NCBI GenBank assembly: GCA_002305195.1
Contig: DBQK01000007.1
Span: 47,676-111,675, forward strand
From: Patescibacteria group bacterium UBA1396
GTDB taxonomy: Bacteria; Patescibacteriota; Microgenomatia; UBA1400; UBA1396
DNA length: 64,000 nt
Direction: 5' to 3'
Positions 48,570 through 58,231 of this stretch are shown here, in pieces. The translations under genes and the position numbers were made by a program. Numbering within the stretch: position 1 is the stretch's first letter; each line of letters begins with the position of its first letter. Under the pieces are notes generated by a model. That model saw only the letters and a program-made list of their open reading frames with translations, was not told the origin of the DNA and did not search any database.

Positions 48570-50390
48570 TCAGGTAGTTAGCTTTTTGTGTTGGTATAAC
48601 TGCCCATCAGTATAACCCTGCTTCCGATAGTACCCTTTAGTACCGATTGCCGAAATCACACTAATTTCAGCATAGCCCTGCTCGGCAGCTATTTTTTCAG
48701 CAGCAACCAGTAATTTTTTGCCCAAACCGCGATGCTGAGTTGATCCTGTACCTTGCTGACCGAATGGCTCAACTTGGCCATAAACGTGCAACTCGCGGAT
48801 AATTGCGTTTTGGCTGAGCTCTGGAATAAATGAAGGTTGACTTGGTAAATATAATCTTAAGAACCCTAAAATTCGATGATTTTTATCAACAAACTGCAAG
48901 AAGTAATTTGTACCACTTTCAGATGGATATTTAATATTGTTTAATTTGATAGGAGGATGAGGTTGGTCGTTTTTTATTTCTCGTGCCCTAATGTCTCGCA
49001 TTACTACTTTATCTGATTTAATACTGTTTTCTACTTGTTGGCGTAAGTTAGTTTTCAATTGATCAAAAGCCATTTCGCTAGTTGGAATATCGCGAATTAC
49101 CCGTGTTATTCTTACCCACTCTGGCGCTTTGGTTAGGCAAAAATACAGAAGAGAACTTAGCTCTTTTGGAGAATATGGCTGCCACTTTCCTGCTTGAAAG
49201 TACTGCATTAGCTCGGCAGAAGGAATTAATGTGCAAGGATAAATCTTTAATTCATCTGGCTGATAGGCTTTGTCGCTAAACAGTTGTAGAAATTCGCGTT
49301 GATCATTATCTGGATCGGAGCCATAAAGATTTGGCATCCAATGGACGTGAATCTTGAAACCGGCTTGCCTTAAAAGCTTAATTGCTTTCTTACTTGCATC
49401 TGTGTTGTGACCACGTTTATTTAAATCTAATACTTTATCTGATAAGGATTGTAAGCCAATTTGTGTTTTGGTTGCTCCAAAGCGACGGGTTTTAATTACC
49501 TCTTGTTCATCAATTGCATCAGGTCTGGTTTCCAAGGTTAAACCGACACAACGAATATTTGAGGCTTCATTAATTTTTTGTTCTGAATTAAGCTCTGACC
49601 AACTGGCAGTTTCTTTTCTAGCACTTTTGAGTTGAGTTAGTTTTTCAGGTAGTAGGTAGTATTGCGAAACTATTTGGTTATAAGATTTTTTAATATTTTG
49701 ACCATCAACCTCTATATTTTCGAAATTAACAACTCTATTATTTAATCGATGATTGCTGGCGACACTCTTGGCAATTTGGTCTTGGATGTTTTGTCGATCA
49801 TCTTTTTTACTGCTGAAATCGTTAAGAGCTCGAAAGCATTCTTTTATAAACCAAATTTGGTACTCTTCCGGATAGAATGACCAGGTTCCGCCCAAAACAA
49901 TCAGCTCAATCTTGGTTGGTAAGTGACCGATTTTTGTCAAAGCTAATAAGCGATTGTAAGTTTGCAGATAAGGGTCAAATGAATTTCTCTCGGCTCGCTG
50001 AGCCCCTGGTTCAGAAGCAATGTAGCTTTTAGGCATTCTAATATCATTGGGACAAAAAATACATTTTCCTGGGCAAGGGAATGGTTTTGTTAAAACGGTA
50101 ATAATTTGAACTCCCGAAAGCGACCTAATCGGTTTGAGCCTAATTTTAGCCAGGTGCCTTGCTGTTGCTTCGGGTAGTCCTCCAGTTGCTTGGTGCTTGA
50201 TAAAAACTTGAATTAACAAATCCTGAGTAACGGTTTTTTTGAGTTGTTTGGTTAATGATCTCAGCTCTTGTTGAATTAACTTGGATTGTGACTGAGAATT
50301 CTCATTTTTGAGGAGTTTGATAAGCGATATTTGCACTGCTTGCAACTCGGCTTCAGATAAATCACGGTATTTAAGGTAAACTTGAGACAC
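48570..50390 (-). CDS. elp3: Elp3-type radical-SAM / GNAT acetyltransferase (tRNA U34 cm5 modification enzyme homologue)
   Basis: KPIRSLSGVQIITVLTKPFPCPGKCIFCPND (Elp3 N-terminal/radical-SAM Cys cluster). C-terminal GNAT with the acetyl-CoA motif QHRGLGKKLLVAAEKIA. GTG start at 50390. Confidence 0.85.
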   Translation of the reverse strand: MSQVYLKYRDLSEAELQAVQISLIKLLKNENSQSQSKLIQQELRSLTKQLKKTVTQDLLIQVFIKHQATGGLPEATARHLAKIRLKPIRSLSGVQIITVLTKPFPCPGKCIFCPNDIRMPKSYIASEPGAQRAERNSFDPYLQTYNRLLALTKIGHLPTKIELIVLGGTWSFYPEEYQIWFIKECFRALNDFSSKKDDRQNIQDQIAKSVASNHRLNNRVVNFENIEVDGQNIKKSYNQIVSQYYLLPEKLTQLKSARKETASWSELNSEQKINEASNIRCVGLTLETRPDAIDEQEVIKTRRFGATKTQIGLQSLSDKVLDLNKRGHNTDASKKAIKLLRQAGFKIHVHWMPNLYGSDPDNDQREFLQLFSDKAYQPDELKIYPCTLIPSAELMQYFQAGKWQPYSPKELSSLLYFCLTKAPEWVRITRVIRDIPTSEMAFDQLKTNLRQQVENSIKSDKVVMRDIRAREIKNDQPHPPIKLNNIKYPSESGTNYFLQFVDKNHRILGFLRLYLPSQPSFIPELSQNAIIRELHVYGQVEPFGQQGTGSTQHRGLGKKLLVAAEKIAAEQGYAEISVISAIGTKGYYRKQGYTDGQLYQHKKLTT

Positions 50391-50403
50391 GTGGCTATTG
50401 TAT

Positions 50404-51213
50404 ATGAATATTCAAGTAATCAAGTTTTTGAATCAGCTTAATCAGGTTTTTTATAACCAACAGTCAGTGAGCTGGTCTAGGTCAAGGCAGTATTATTGGC
50501 CAAGTTGGGATAAATTTTGGCAGAAATCAGGCATTGAGCATTTGGATAAGGCAAAGCTCGATCATTTCCAGGTGGTCGATGTTGGTTGCGGTACCGGCAG
50601 ATTTTTATCATTTTGGCAGAAAAAAATGCCTTCATCGGTCGATTTTAAATACATTGGTCTTGATGGTTCAAAAAATTTACTGGATATTGCGCGCTTAAGT
50701 TTTTCGGAAACAAATCAGACTCAATGGTTGCTAGTTGATGTAGTCGATCGGATGGCAAAATCTAAAAAAGTGATCAAAGAACCTGTTGATTTAATCGTAC
50801 TTTTTGGTGTGTTACATCACATTCCTGATCACCAATTGAGAGATAAACTCTTGCGGCAGTTGGCCGAAAATTTAAATCAGGGCGGACAACTTTGGATAAC
50901 TCTTTGGCGGCCATCGGTAATTACGAAGCAAGGTCCCAAGGAAATTCCCTGGCCAGTTAGTGATTCAGATAAATCAGTTAAATTAAATGACTTGCCATTA
51001 CCAAATAAGTTGATGACTGAATTAGAGGCAGGTGATGTTTTACTTGGTTGGCAAAAATCTAAAATGGTTAGATATGTGCACTGGATTAGCGATGAGGAGG
51101 TTAGCAGAATGTCAGTAATTTTGTGCAATGAAGGTTTGAAGAAAATAGCTGACTGGAATGAAACCAGCCAAGGCGAGCGTGGTAATCAGTGTTTAATTTG
51201 GCAAAAAATTTAA
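50404..51213 (+). CDS. Trm9/ALKBH8-like class I SAM-dependent methyltransferase
   Basis: WSRSRQYYWPSWDKFW (cf. Trm9 FSQTRYKPWPIVTEFL). Motif I VVDVGCGTGRF. LFGVLHHIPDHQLRDKLLRQLAENLNQGGQLWITLW (cf. AVVHHWSTRERRVEVIRHVLSKLRQGGQALIYCW). RYVHWISDEEV (cf. RYYHLYREGEL). ATG at 50404 (the track start is a TTG at 50398). Confidence 0.6.
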   Translation: MNIQVIKFLNQLNQVFYNQQSVSWSRSRQYYWPSWDKFWQKSGIEHLDKAKLDHFQVVDVGCGTGRFLSFWQKKMPSSVDFKYIGLDGSKNLLDIARLSFSETNQTQWLLVDVVDRMAKSKKVIKEPVDLIVLFGVLHHIPDHQLRDKLLRQLAENLNQGGQLWITLWRPSVITKQGPKEIPWPVSDSDKSVKLNDLPLPNKLMTELEAGDVLLGWQKSKMVRYVHWISDEEVSRMSVILCNEGLKKIADWNETSQGERGNQCLIWQKI

Positions 51214-51274
51214 ATTTGGGTTTGTGCGGTGGCAAGATTTAGTAGCTGGAAAAAAGTTTAAATAATTGATTGTT

Positions 51275-51306
51275 GGCGGCGGGAAGGCTTTCGCCTTCCC
51301 GCCGCC
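51275..51306. terminator. GC-rich 14-bp hairpin between convergent genes (probable bidirectional terminator)
   Basis: GGCGGCGGGAAGGC-TTTC-GCCTTCCCGCCGCC. A T5 run follows 6 nt downstream on the plus strand. It lies between the methyltransferase (+) and DsbA-like (-) stops. Confidence 0.5.
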
Positions 51307-51371
51307 TCTCAATTTTTATCAATCAATTTAACCGTTTAATCGCCACTTTAACTGTTTATGAAGTTTACCGA

Positions 51372-52148
51372 TTATAAAGTGACTTGTGCGCCTTGGCCTT
51401 TAACTTCAAAGTATTTATCAGAGAAGCTCCAGAAACCATCTTCTCCATCAACCTGAGTTACACATTCAGACACTTCAGCTAATTTTGGAGCGTTGGGGTG
51501 TAAATTAGGAATCGGGAAATGTCGATACACCCAGGCAACCTGATCTCCATATTCATCCATAATCTGATTCATCGTGTTATGGAAGCGAGAACAAAAGGGA
51601 CAGTCGAAGTCTGAGTATTCAATTACCACTACTCTAGCTGAGGAGTTACCGCGAACGTGGTCACTGTCAGATAATGGTGGTAGTGAATCTAATGTTTCGG
51701 TTTTGCTGGTTGAACCTTCTGCCAAGTATTGATCAATAATTGTCTTCAAACTTTCGTAAGGAACTGCTCCACCCAAAGCCTCACCTTGACTACCATCGAT
51801 CATAACGAAACTACCAGGTGTTCCGGTAACACCGGCCGCGCTTCCCTCGTTGGTTTGTTGATCAACTTTGTCAGTAAATTGCCCGTTTTCTAAACAGTTC
51901 ATTACTTGATCAGGGTCGGAAGTTACTTCGTCAAGAATGCTTGCTAAAGTTACACTTTGTCCGGCGGGGGCGCCTGGATTAGCCTGCCCAGCATTATTAT
52001 TGGTATTTACGGTATTTGAGCCTGTGGGATTAGAATTTGGATTTCTGACTAAAGCAAATAAATAGCCTACTAAGAAAGCGGCAATCACCAGCAAGCCAAC
52101 TTGCCAAAACTGCCGAACGGTTTCTCCCCAGTCATTTGACGAATTCAT
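51372..52148 (-). CDS. DsbA-family thiol:disulfide oxidoreductase, membrane-anchored
   Basis: Thioredoxin fold with EYSDFDCPFCSRF (CPFC). N-terminal TM and a low-complexity linker. Confidence 0.75.
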   Translation of the reverse strand: MNSSNDWGETVRQFWQVGLLVIAAFLVGYLFALVRNPNSNPTGSNTVNTNNNAGQANPGAPAGQSVTLASILDEVTSDPDQVMNCLENGQFTDKVDQQTNEGSAAGVTGTPGSFVMIDGSQGEALGGAVPYESLKTIIDQYLAEGSTSKTETLDSLPPLSDSDHVRGNSSARVVVIEYSDFDCPFCSRFHNTMNQIMDEYGDQVAWVYRHFPIPNLHPNAPKLAEVSECVTQVDGEDGFWSFSDKYFEVKGQGAQVTL

Positions 52149-52279
52149 AGTCTTCCTTCCTCTATTTTTATCTGTTCTGGTACTTTACACGATAACCGTT
52201 AATTTGGCGATGATATTATTAAAGACCGCTTGTAACTATTATCGATATCTTTTGTTAGTCTATAAATGGTAAGTAATAA

Positions 52280-54151
52280 ATGTGTAAACTTAATTTTTCC
52301 GCTACAATACAGAAACCTATGATCGTCGAGGATTTACATCACCAGCTTCAACAGATTGCCGATGAATTGGTTGAAACAAGAATCAATCAGGATCAACTTG
52401 ATTCACAAATTAAGCAAGTTATTGCTAAAGATTTAGAGTTTATTGTTGAGCACCCAAGGCAAGAAAGTTTTGGTGATTATTCAACTAATTTAGCATTGAG
52501 ACTGGCGCCCATACTAAAGCAATCCCCAATTGAATTGGCAGAAGAAATTATGACAAAACTTGGTGAGTTGCCCCAGTTTGCTAAAGCCGAGGTTGCTCCG
52601 CCAGGTTTTATTAACTTGTGGTTAAAAAAACAAACCTTGGTAGAGGAGATTGATAAAATCCTAACCCAGAAAAAGCATTACGGAACCAATACACAGGGCG
52701 ATGGAAAGGTTTGGGAAATTGAACATAGCTCGCCAAATCCTAATAAAGCGATGCACCTTGGTCATTTGAGAAACAACATTACCGGTATGGCACTTGTCAG
52801 ATTGTCGGAAGCTTGTGGTATTAGGGTGATTAGTGATGCGGTTGATAATAATCGCGGTATTGCGATTGCTAAATTAATGTGGGGATTTCTTAAATTCGCC
52901 CGCAAAAATGAGACTACCCCGGTTGATATAAATTATTGGTACGACCATCAAGATGAATGGTTGAGGCCAGAGGACAAACAAGAATCGCCTGATAAATTTA
53001 TGGACAAGCTTTATACACTTGGTGCTCAAGATTATCAGGATGAAGCTATTAAACCAATTGTTAAACAAATGGTTATTGACTGGGAAGCCAAGGATGAAAA
53101 AATCTGGTCTTTGTGGCGACATGTTTTAAGCTATGTATATCAAGGACAACAGCAAACTCTGAAAAGATTAGGCAATCGACACGATAAAGTTTGGCATGAA
53201 CACGAACACTACGAAGCCGGTAAGAAGTGGGTGGAAAGAGGTTTAAAGCAGGGTGTATTTCAAAAATTAGATGACGGTCTTATTTTGACTGATTTGGAAT
53301 CATATGGTTTGCCAAATACAGTGGTGCAAAAATCCGATGGCACTTCCCTTTACATCACACAAGATATTGCCCTGACCGATTTAAAGAAAAAAACTTACCA
53401 AGCGGAAAAACTATTTTGGGTGGTTGGTCCCGAGCAATCATTAGCTATGCGGCAATTATTTGCGGTTTGCGACCAATTAAATATCGGCCAACTTTCAGAA
53501 TTTACTCACCTAGCTTATGGCTATATGTCAATCAAAGGCCAAGGAAAAATGAGTTCCAGATTAGGTAATGTTATTTATATTGACGATCTAATTGATGCTG
53601 TTAAGCAAGAAGTACTTAATAAAATGAAATCGGCCAACTTGCCAGAGTCTCAAAAAAATGTGATTGCCGAACAGGTTGCCGTTGGTGCAATCAAATACAG
53701 TATTTTAAAGGTTGGCCGAACTACCGATATGGCTTTTGATTTAGCTGCTGCTCTTTCACTTGAAGGCGACTCGGGTCCGTATTTGCAGTATACGCACGCC
53801 AGGTGTCAGTCGGTTTTACGTAAGTTGAGTCAAACCGAGATAAAGTCAGTTTTATCTAACAAATCTAAAATAACGGAGGATAAATTAAAGCCGGCCGAAA
53901 TTAATTTATTGCGTTGGCTACACCGCTACCCAGGAATAGTATCAACTGCGGCTTGGAGTTATTCACCCAACTTAACAGCTAGCTACTTAAATGAATTAGC
54001 GCAGCGTTACAATACTTTTTACAATAGTCACCACATTTTGAACGAACAAGCAGAAATTCGGGGTTGGCGATTAAAACTGACGGCCGCGGTAGGACAAGTA
54101 ATCGCTAACGGACTAGAGATTTTAGGTATTTCTGCTCCCGAAAAAATGTAG
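52280..54151 (+). CDS. argS: arginyl-tRNA synthetase
   Basis: HSSPNPNKAMHLGHLRN (HIGH), MSSRLG (KMSKS-equivalent) and a DALR anticodon-binding C-terminus. The start may be the ATG at 52319. Confidence 0.9.
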   Translation: MCKLNFSATIQKPMIVEDLHHQLQQIADELVETRINQDQLDSQIKQVIAKDLEFIVEHPRQESFGDYSTNLALRLAPILKQSPIELAEEIMTKLGELPQFAKAEVAPPGFINLWLKKQTLVEEIDKILTQKKHYGTNTQGDGKVWEIEHSSPNPNKAMHLGHLRNNITGMALVRLSEACGIRVISDAVDNNRGIAIAKLMWGFLKFARKNETTPVDINYWYDHQDEWLRPEDKQESPDKFMDKLYTLGAQDYQDEAIKPIVKQMVIDWEAKDEKIWSLWRHVLSYVYQGQQQTLKRLGNRHDKVWHEHEHYEAGKKWVERGLKQGVFQKLDDGLILTDLESYGLPNTVVQKSDGTSLYITQDIALTDLKKKTYQAEKLFWVVGPEQSLAMRQLFAVCDQLNIGQLSEFTHLAYGYMSIKGQGKMSSRLGNVIYIDDLIDAVKQEVLNKMKSANLPESQKNVIAEQVAVGAIKYSILKVGRTTDMAFDLAAALSLEGDSGPYLQYTHARCQSVLRKLSQTEIKSVLSNKSKITEDKLKPAEINLLRWLHRYPGIVSTAAWSYSPNLTASYLNELAQRYNTFYNSHHILNEQAEIRGWRLKLTAAVGQVIANGLEILGISAPEKM

Positions 54152-54202
54152 TTTAAAATAATGATCTCGATCGAGATCTGTCAAACAAGTAAGGAGTTTT
54201 TT

Positions 54203-55438
54203 ATGTCAAATGATCCATTTCAGAACGCGTTACAACAGCTCAACCAAGTTGCCAACTTACTTAAACTTGATGATCAAACTGTTAAACGGCTTTCTAGTAT
54301 CGATAAAAGTATTCAGGTTAACTTTCCGGTCAAAATGGATGATGGTCGCGTTGAGATTTTTACTGGCTACCGAATGCAGCACAATAACGCCCGCGGCCCT
54401 TATAAAGGTGGCCTGAGATTCAGCAATCAAGTAAGTAAGTCAGAGGTTAAAGCTTTATCAATGTGGATGACCTGGAAATGCGCGGTGGCGGATATTCCAT
54501 TTGGTGGTGCCAAGGGTGGTGTCGTTGTTGATACCAAGAAACTTTCTGAATCAGAGCTAAAGCGTCTCTCAAAAAGCTTTATTCGGTCTATTCACCAGCT
54601 CATTGGTCCACAGCAAGATGTGCCAGCTCCTGATATGTATACCACTCCGCAAATTATGGCCTGGATGGCGGATGAATACTCAAAAATTGTTGGTTCGCCT
54701 ACCCCAGCAGTGATTACCGGTAAGCCGGTTAGATCAGGTGGCTCATTAGGTAGAAATAAAGCAACCGGACAAGGTGGAGTTTTTGTTCTACAAGAATTGT
54801 CCAAGGTAACCAGCTTAGAACCGGCTACAACCCAAGTAATTATTCAGGGACTTGGTAATGTTGGCTCATTTTTTGCCGATTTTGCTATCAAGGCTGGTTA
54901 TCAGGTAGTTGGTGTGAGCGATTCTCGAACGGCTTTGTACAACCCCGAAGGTATTGATCTTAAACGGGTTCTAAACTACAAGAAGCAGAACGGTACTCTA
55001 TCTGGCTGTGGTAGTGCTCAAGAAATGAGCAATGCCGACCTTTTGGAAATGGAGACTGATGTTTTGGTTCCTGCTGCTATTGAAAGTGTTATTACCGAAG
55101 GCAATGCTGACCGAATTAAAGCTAAGTATATTATTGAGATGGCCAATGGTCCGGTTACACCTGAGGCAGACAAAATTTTGCGCCGTCGAGGGATTGTTTC
55201 AGTACCAGATGTTCTTTCTAATTCTGGCGGGGTGACGGTCTCCTACTTTGAGTGGTTGCAGAATTTGAATAACGAAAAATGGTCAGAGCAAAAGGTTATA
55301 TCTGAGCTGAAAAAGAAGATCACTAAAGCTTTTATTGATGGCTGGCAAGCTCGGGAAAAGTTCCAAACCGACTTTAGAACTGCGGTTTATGCCTTGGCAG
55401 TTCAGAGAGTGGTGGCTGCTCTACCTAAAGTTAAATAG
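54203..55438 (+). CDS. Glu/Leu/Phe/Val dehydrogenase family, glutamate dehydrogenase-like
   Basis: GPYKGGLRF and IPFGGAKGGV motifs. Rossmann GLGNVG. ATG at 54203, 6 nt after an AAGGAG SD (the track start at 54161 is unlikely). Confidence 0.9.
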   Translation: MSNDPFQNALQQLNQVANLLKLDDQTVKRLSSIDKSIQVNFPVKMDDGRVEIFTGYRMQHNNARGPYKGGLRFSNQVSKSEVKALSMWMTWKCAVADIPFGGAKGGVVVDTKKLSESELKRLSKSFIRSIHQLIGPQQDVPAPDMYTTPQIMAWMADEYSKIVGSPTPAVITGKPVRSGGSLGRNKATGQGGVFVLQELSKVTSLEPATTQVIIQGLGNVGSFFADFAIKAGYQVVGVSDSRTALYNPEGIDLKRVLNYKKQNGTLSGCGSAQEMSNADLLEMETDVLVPAAIESVITEGNADRIKAKYIIEMANGPVTPEADKILRRRGIVSVPDVLSNSGGVTVSYFEWLQNLNNEKWSEQKVISELKKKITKAFIDGWQAREKFQTDFRTAVYALAVQRVVAALPKVK

Positions 55439-55506
55439 TTTGGGCAGATTTGATCTCTATTGATAGGCTTGACAGATCAGAGTAGTTTCGTGTTATTTTC
55501 GGATTA

Positions 55507-55755
55507 ATGTACCAAACAATAGGCGAAGAAATTCAAGTTGCCGGACTGTTTAAAAAAGGTCGATTTTGGCCTAGTAAATTTAAATGGTCCGGACAAACTT
55601 TCAATATTCAGAAAATTACACTAACCGCTGAAGCCAACAATGGCGGAGTTAAGCTTCGTTATTACAGTGTTCTGGCTAGTGGAAATTTATATAGGCTGCA
55701 ATATAATCGCCAATTTGAAACCTGGCGATTAATGGAGATTTGGTGTGAAGGGTGA
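55507..55755 (+). CDS. hypothetical 82-aa protein translationally coupled to the Y-family polymerase
   Basis: The ORF overlaps the dinB GTG start by 11 nt. Trp-rich pattern (FWPSKFKW...ETWRLMEIW). No family confidently recognised. Confidence 0.5.
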   Translation: MYQTIGEEIQVAGLFKKGRFWPSKFKWSGQTFNIQKITLTAEANNGGVKLRYYSVLASGNLYRLQYNRQFETWRLMEIWCEG

Positions 55756-57022
55756 GGTGGGTTTGACTGGCTTGAATCATTGCCTATCTGATTATAAAGA
55801 TTGTTGGGCTCATGTGGATATTAATTCCTACTTTGCCACCCTGATTCAGCAAGAAAATCCAGCCTTGCGGGGCCAACCGGTCGGCATAGTCAAGGAGAGT
55901 GGACGCACCTGTATTATTGCCGCTTCTAAAGAAGCTAAATTGTTGGGAGTTAGCACTGGCAGTCGAAAAGATGAGGCACTTTTACTAGCGCCTAATATTA
56001 GATTAATTCCGGCTCAATTTGATTTTTATCTTGACGCAACTAGGCGTTTAAAACGACTTTTTGAGAGTTTATCTCCAGAAGTGCAGATTTTTTCACTGGA
56101 TGAAGCTTTTATTAATTTAACTTCTTGTAAATATCTCTATCGAGATACCCACACTTTTGGTACTTTAGTCCAGACCAAAATTAAACAAGAGCTAGGCGAA
56201 TGGGTTACCGCCAACGTTGGTATTAGCTGGAATCGTTTTTTAGCTAAGATTGCTGGGGAAACCGGTCCCAAAGGATCAATTACCAGCATCAACCAGGAAA
56301 ATTTAGATTACAAGTTAGCTACCACGAAATTTACTGATGTTAGCGGTGTGGGATATCGGTTAGAGAAAAGATTAAAGGCGATTGGTATTGAAAACCTCTA
56401 TCAAATTAAATTGTTTTCTAACCAAGAGCTAGAAAAACACCTTGGTCCATTTTGGAGTAAACAACTACGAAAAATGTCTTTTGGAGAAGAACCTAACCTT
56501 TTTGAGCATATTGACTCTAACCCTCATATGAAAAGTGTAGGCCGTTCAATAACTGGTTATAAACTTTGCAACAATGAAACGGAAATAAAACAGATTCTTT
56601 ATAATTTGGTTTTGGAAACAGCTAGTAAGGCTAGATCGATGGGTTTGGCGGGCAGGCAAATCTCGGTTTATCTTTCGGGAGAAGGTAGATACTGGTTTAG
56701 TCACGTTACTCTGCCCTCTTATGTTAACCAAAATAAAGAGGTTTTTGAATTGGTCTATCATTATCTTTATAAAAAATGGCAGAGATCGTTTTTGGTCATT
56801 AAATTTGGGGTTAGATTGAGCTTATTAAAGCCGGAGACACAGATTAACCAACCTTTATGGCCAACTTGGCACAAGCAACGCTATTTAGAAAAAGCAGTTG
56901 ATGAACTAGCGCAAAAATATGGTCTTTTTACCGTGAGGCCAGCCAGTTTACTGAATGGTCAGCTAATTAGACCGGAAGTAACAGGATTTTTGGGAGATAA
57001 AAGTTTCCAGCTGGGAAGTTAA
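55745..57022 (+). CDS. dinB: Y-family DNA polymerase (DinB/Pol IV-like)
   Basis: HVDINSYFATLIQQENPALRGQPVGIV, catalytic SLDEAF and GIGxx-type HhH (VSGVGYRLEKRL). GTG start. Confidence 0.85.
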   Translation: MKGEVGLTGLNHCLSDYKDCWAHVDINSYFATLIQQENPALRGQPVGIVKESGRTCIIAASKEAKLLGVSTGSRKDEALLLAPNIRLIPAQFDFYLDATRRLKRLFESLSPEVQIFSLDEAFINLTSCKYLYRDTHTFGTLVQTKIKQELGEWVTANVGISWNRFLAKIAGETGPKGSITSINQENLDYKLATTKFTDVSGVGYRLEKRLKAIGIENLYQIKLFSNQELEKHLGPFWSKQLRKMSFGEEPNLFEHIDSNPHMKSVGRSITGYKLCNNETEIKQILYNLVLETASKARSMGLAGRQISVYLSGEGRYWFSHVTLPSYVNQNKEVFELVYHYLYKKWQRSFLVIKFGVRLSLLKPETQINQPLWPTWHKQRYLEKAVDELAQKYGLFTVRPASLLNGQLIRPEVTGFLGDKSFQLGS

Positions 57023-57118
57023 ATAAAAGTCAATAAATTATATTAACTCAAAGTGATTCGGTTGGCAGACAATCTTGAAACCAAAGCACTAATGATAGAA
57101 TGAGAGCAAGGAGCCGGC

Positions 57119-57415
57119 ATGAGCAAAAACAATATTTTTCTACAAAATAAAGTATTTTTCTGGCTGGCGGTTGGTACCTCCCTATTATTACTAATTCCGC
57201 TAATCGCGATGCAATTTAGCAGTGAGGTTAATTGGAACCTAACAGATTTTATTGTTATGGGAGCACTGTTGTTTGGTTTTGGATCTGGATTTATTCTAGT
57301 GTCGAGGAGAGTCAGTCAACAGTATCGCTTATTAGTTGGTTTAATATTGTTAGTTTTCCTGATTTGGATTTGGGCAGAATTAGCGGTTGGGGTTTTTACT
57401 AGTTGGGGCAATTAA
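57119..57415 (+). CDS. small hypothetical membrane protein (3 TM)
   Basis: 98 aa, strongly hydrophobic. GGAGCCGGC precedes the ATG. Confidence 0.45.
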   Translation: MSKNNIFLQNKVFFWLAVGTSLLLLIPLIAMQFSSEVNWNLTDFIVMGALLFGFGSGFILVSRRVSQQYRLLVGLILLVFLIWIWAELAVGVFTSWGN

Positions 57416-57507
57416 TTTGATTTAAAAAGTTGTTTTTTTATCTTAGTCATGACACAATTTTAAGTTTTGATCGTCAATTAACTACGACAGGATATATACT
57501 TAAAAGT

Positions 57508-58224
57508 ATGCTAAAAAATAGATTGCTTGTATTCAGTTTGGTTATCATTTTAGGAATACTACTTTTTATAAGTACTACTTATCAAGTTTATGGTAGATCT
57601 TGGAAACGAGCTCTATTTATAGACCCGATTTATAAACTAAATACAGATGAGAAAATAGTTGCTTTGACATTTGATGATGGACCATCAAAAAACCGCACTC
57701 CTGTTTTGCTTGATATATTAGATAAATATCAAGTTAAAGCCACCTTTTTTATGATCGGCCAAAACATAGAAAAACACCCCGAGATAGCCAAAGCAGCCGT
57801 GCAAAGAGATCATGTTGTTGGCAATCACAGCTATTCTCACCCTAGGTTAATTTTTAAATCGCCGGAATTTGTTAAAGAAGAAATAACAAAAACCTCCAAA
57901 CTTTTACAAGATGCTGGATCAGCTGATTACCAATATTTTCGACCACCCTATACAAATAAATTTGTTGTTTTACCTTATGTAGTTCAAAACTTAGATATGA
58001 AGCTTGTTACCGGAACATACGACCCCAAATCACAATATGAGAGTCCGTTTTCTGCGGACAAGGTCGCTCAGGAAGTAATCACCAATGTTCAACCAGGCAG
58101 TATCATCTATCTCCATGATGGCAATGAAAAAGATGCCGATTTATTTGTTAATGGAGTTGAGAAAATAATTGTCGAGTTACAAAATCAAGGCTACAGGTTT
58201 GTCACGATTAAAGAGGGAGAATAA
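57508..58224 (+). CDS. polysaccharide deacetylase (CE4, PgdA-like), membrane-anchored
   Basis: LTFDDGPS and NHSYSHP motifs. ATG at 57508 (the track start is a TTG at 57430). Confidence 0.8.
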   Translation: MLKNRLLVFSLVIILGILLFISTTYQVYGRSWKRALFIDPIYKLNTDEKIVALTFDDGPSKNRTPVLLDILDKYQVKATFFMIGQNIEKHPEIAKAAVQRDHVVGNHSYSHPRLIFKSPEFVKEEITKTSKLLQDAGSADYQYFRPPYTNKFVVLPYVVQNLDMKLVTGTYDPKSQYESPFSADKVAQEVITNVQPGSIIYLHDGNEKDADLFVNGVEKIIVELQNQGYRFVTIKEGE

Positions 58225-58231
58225 TTTGTTG

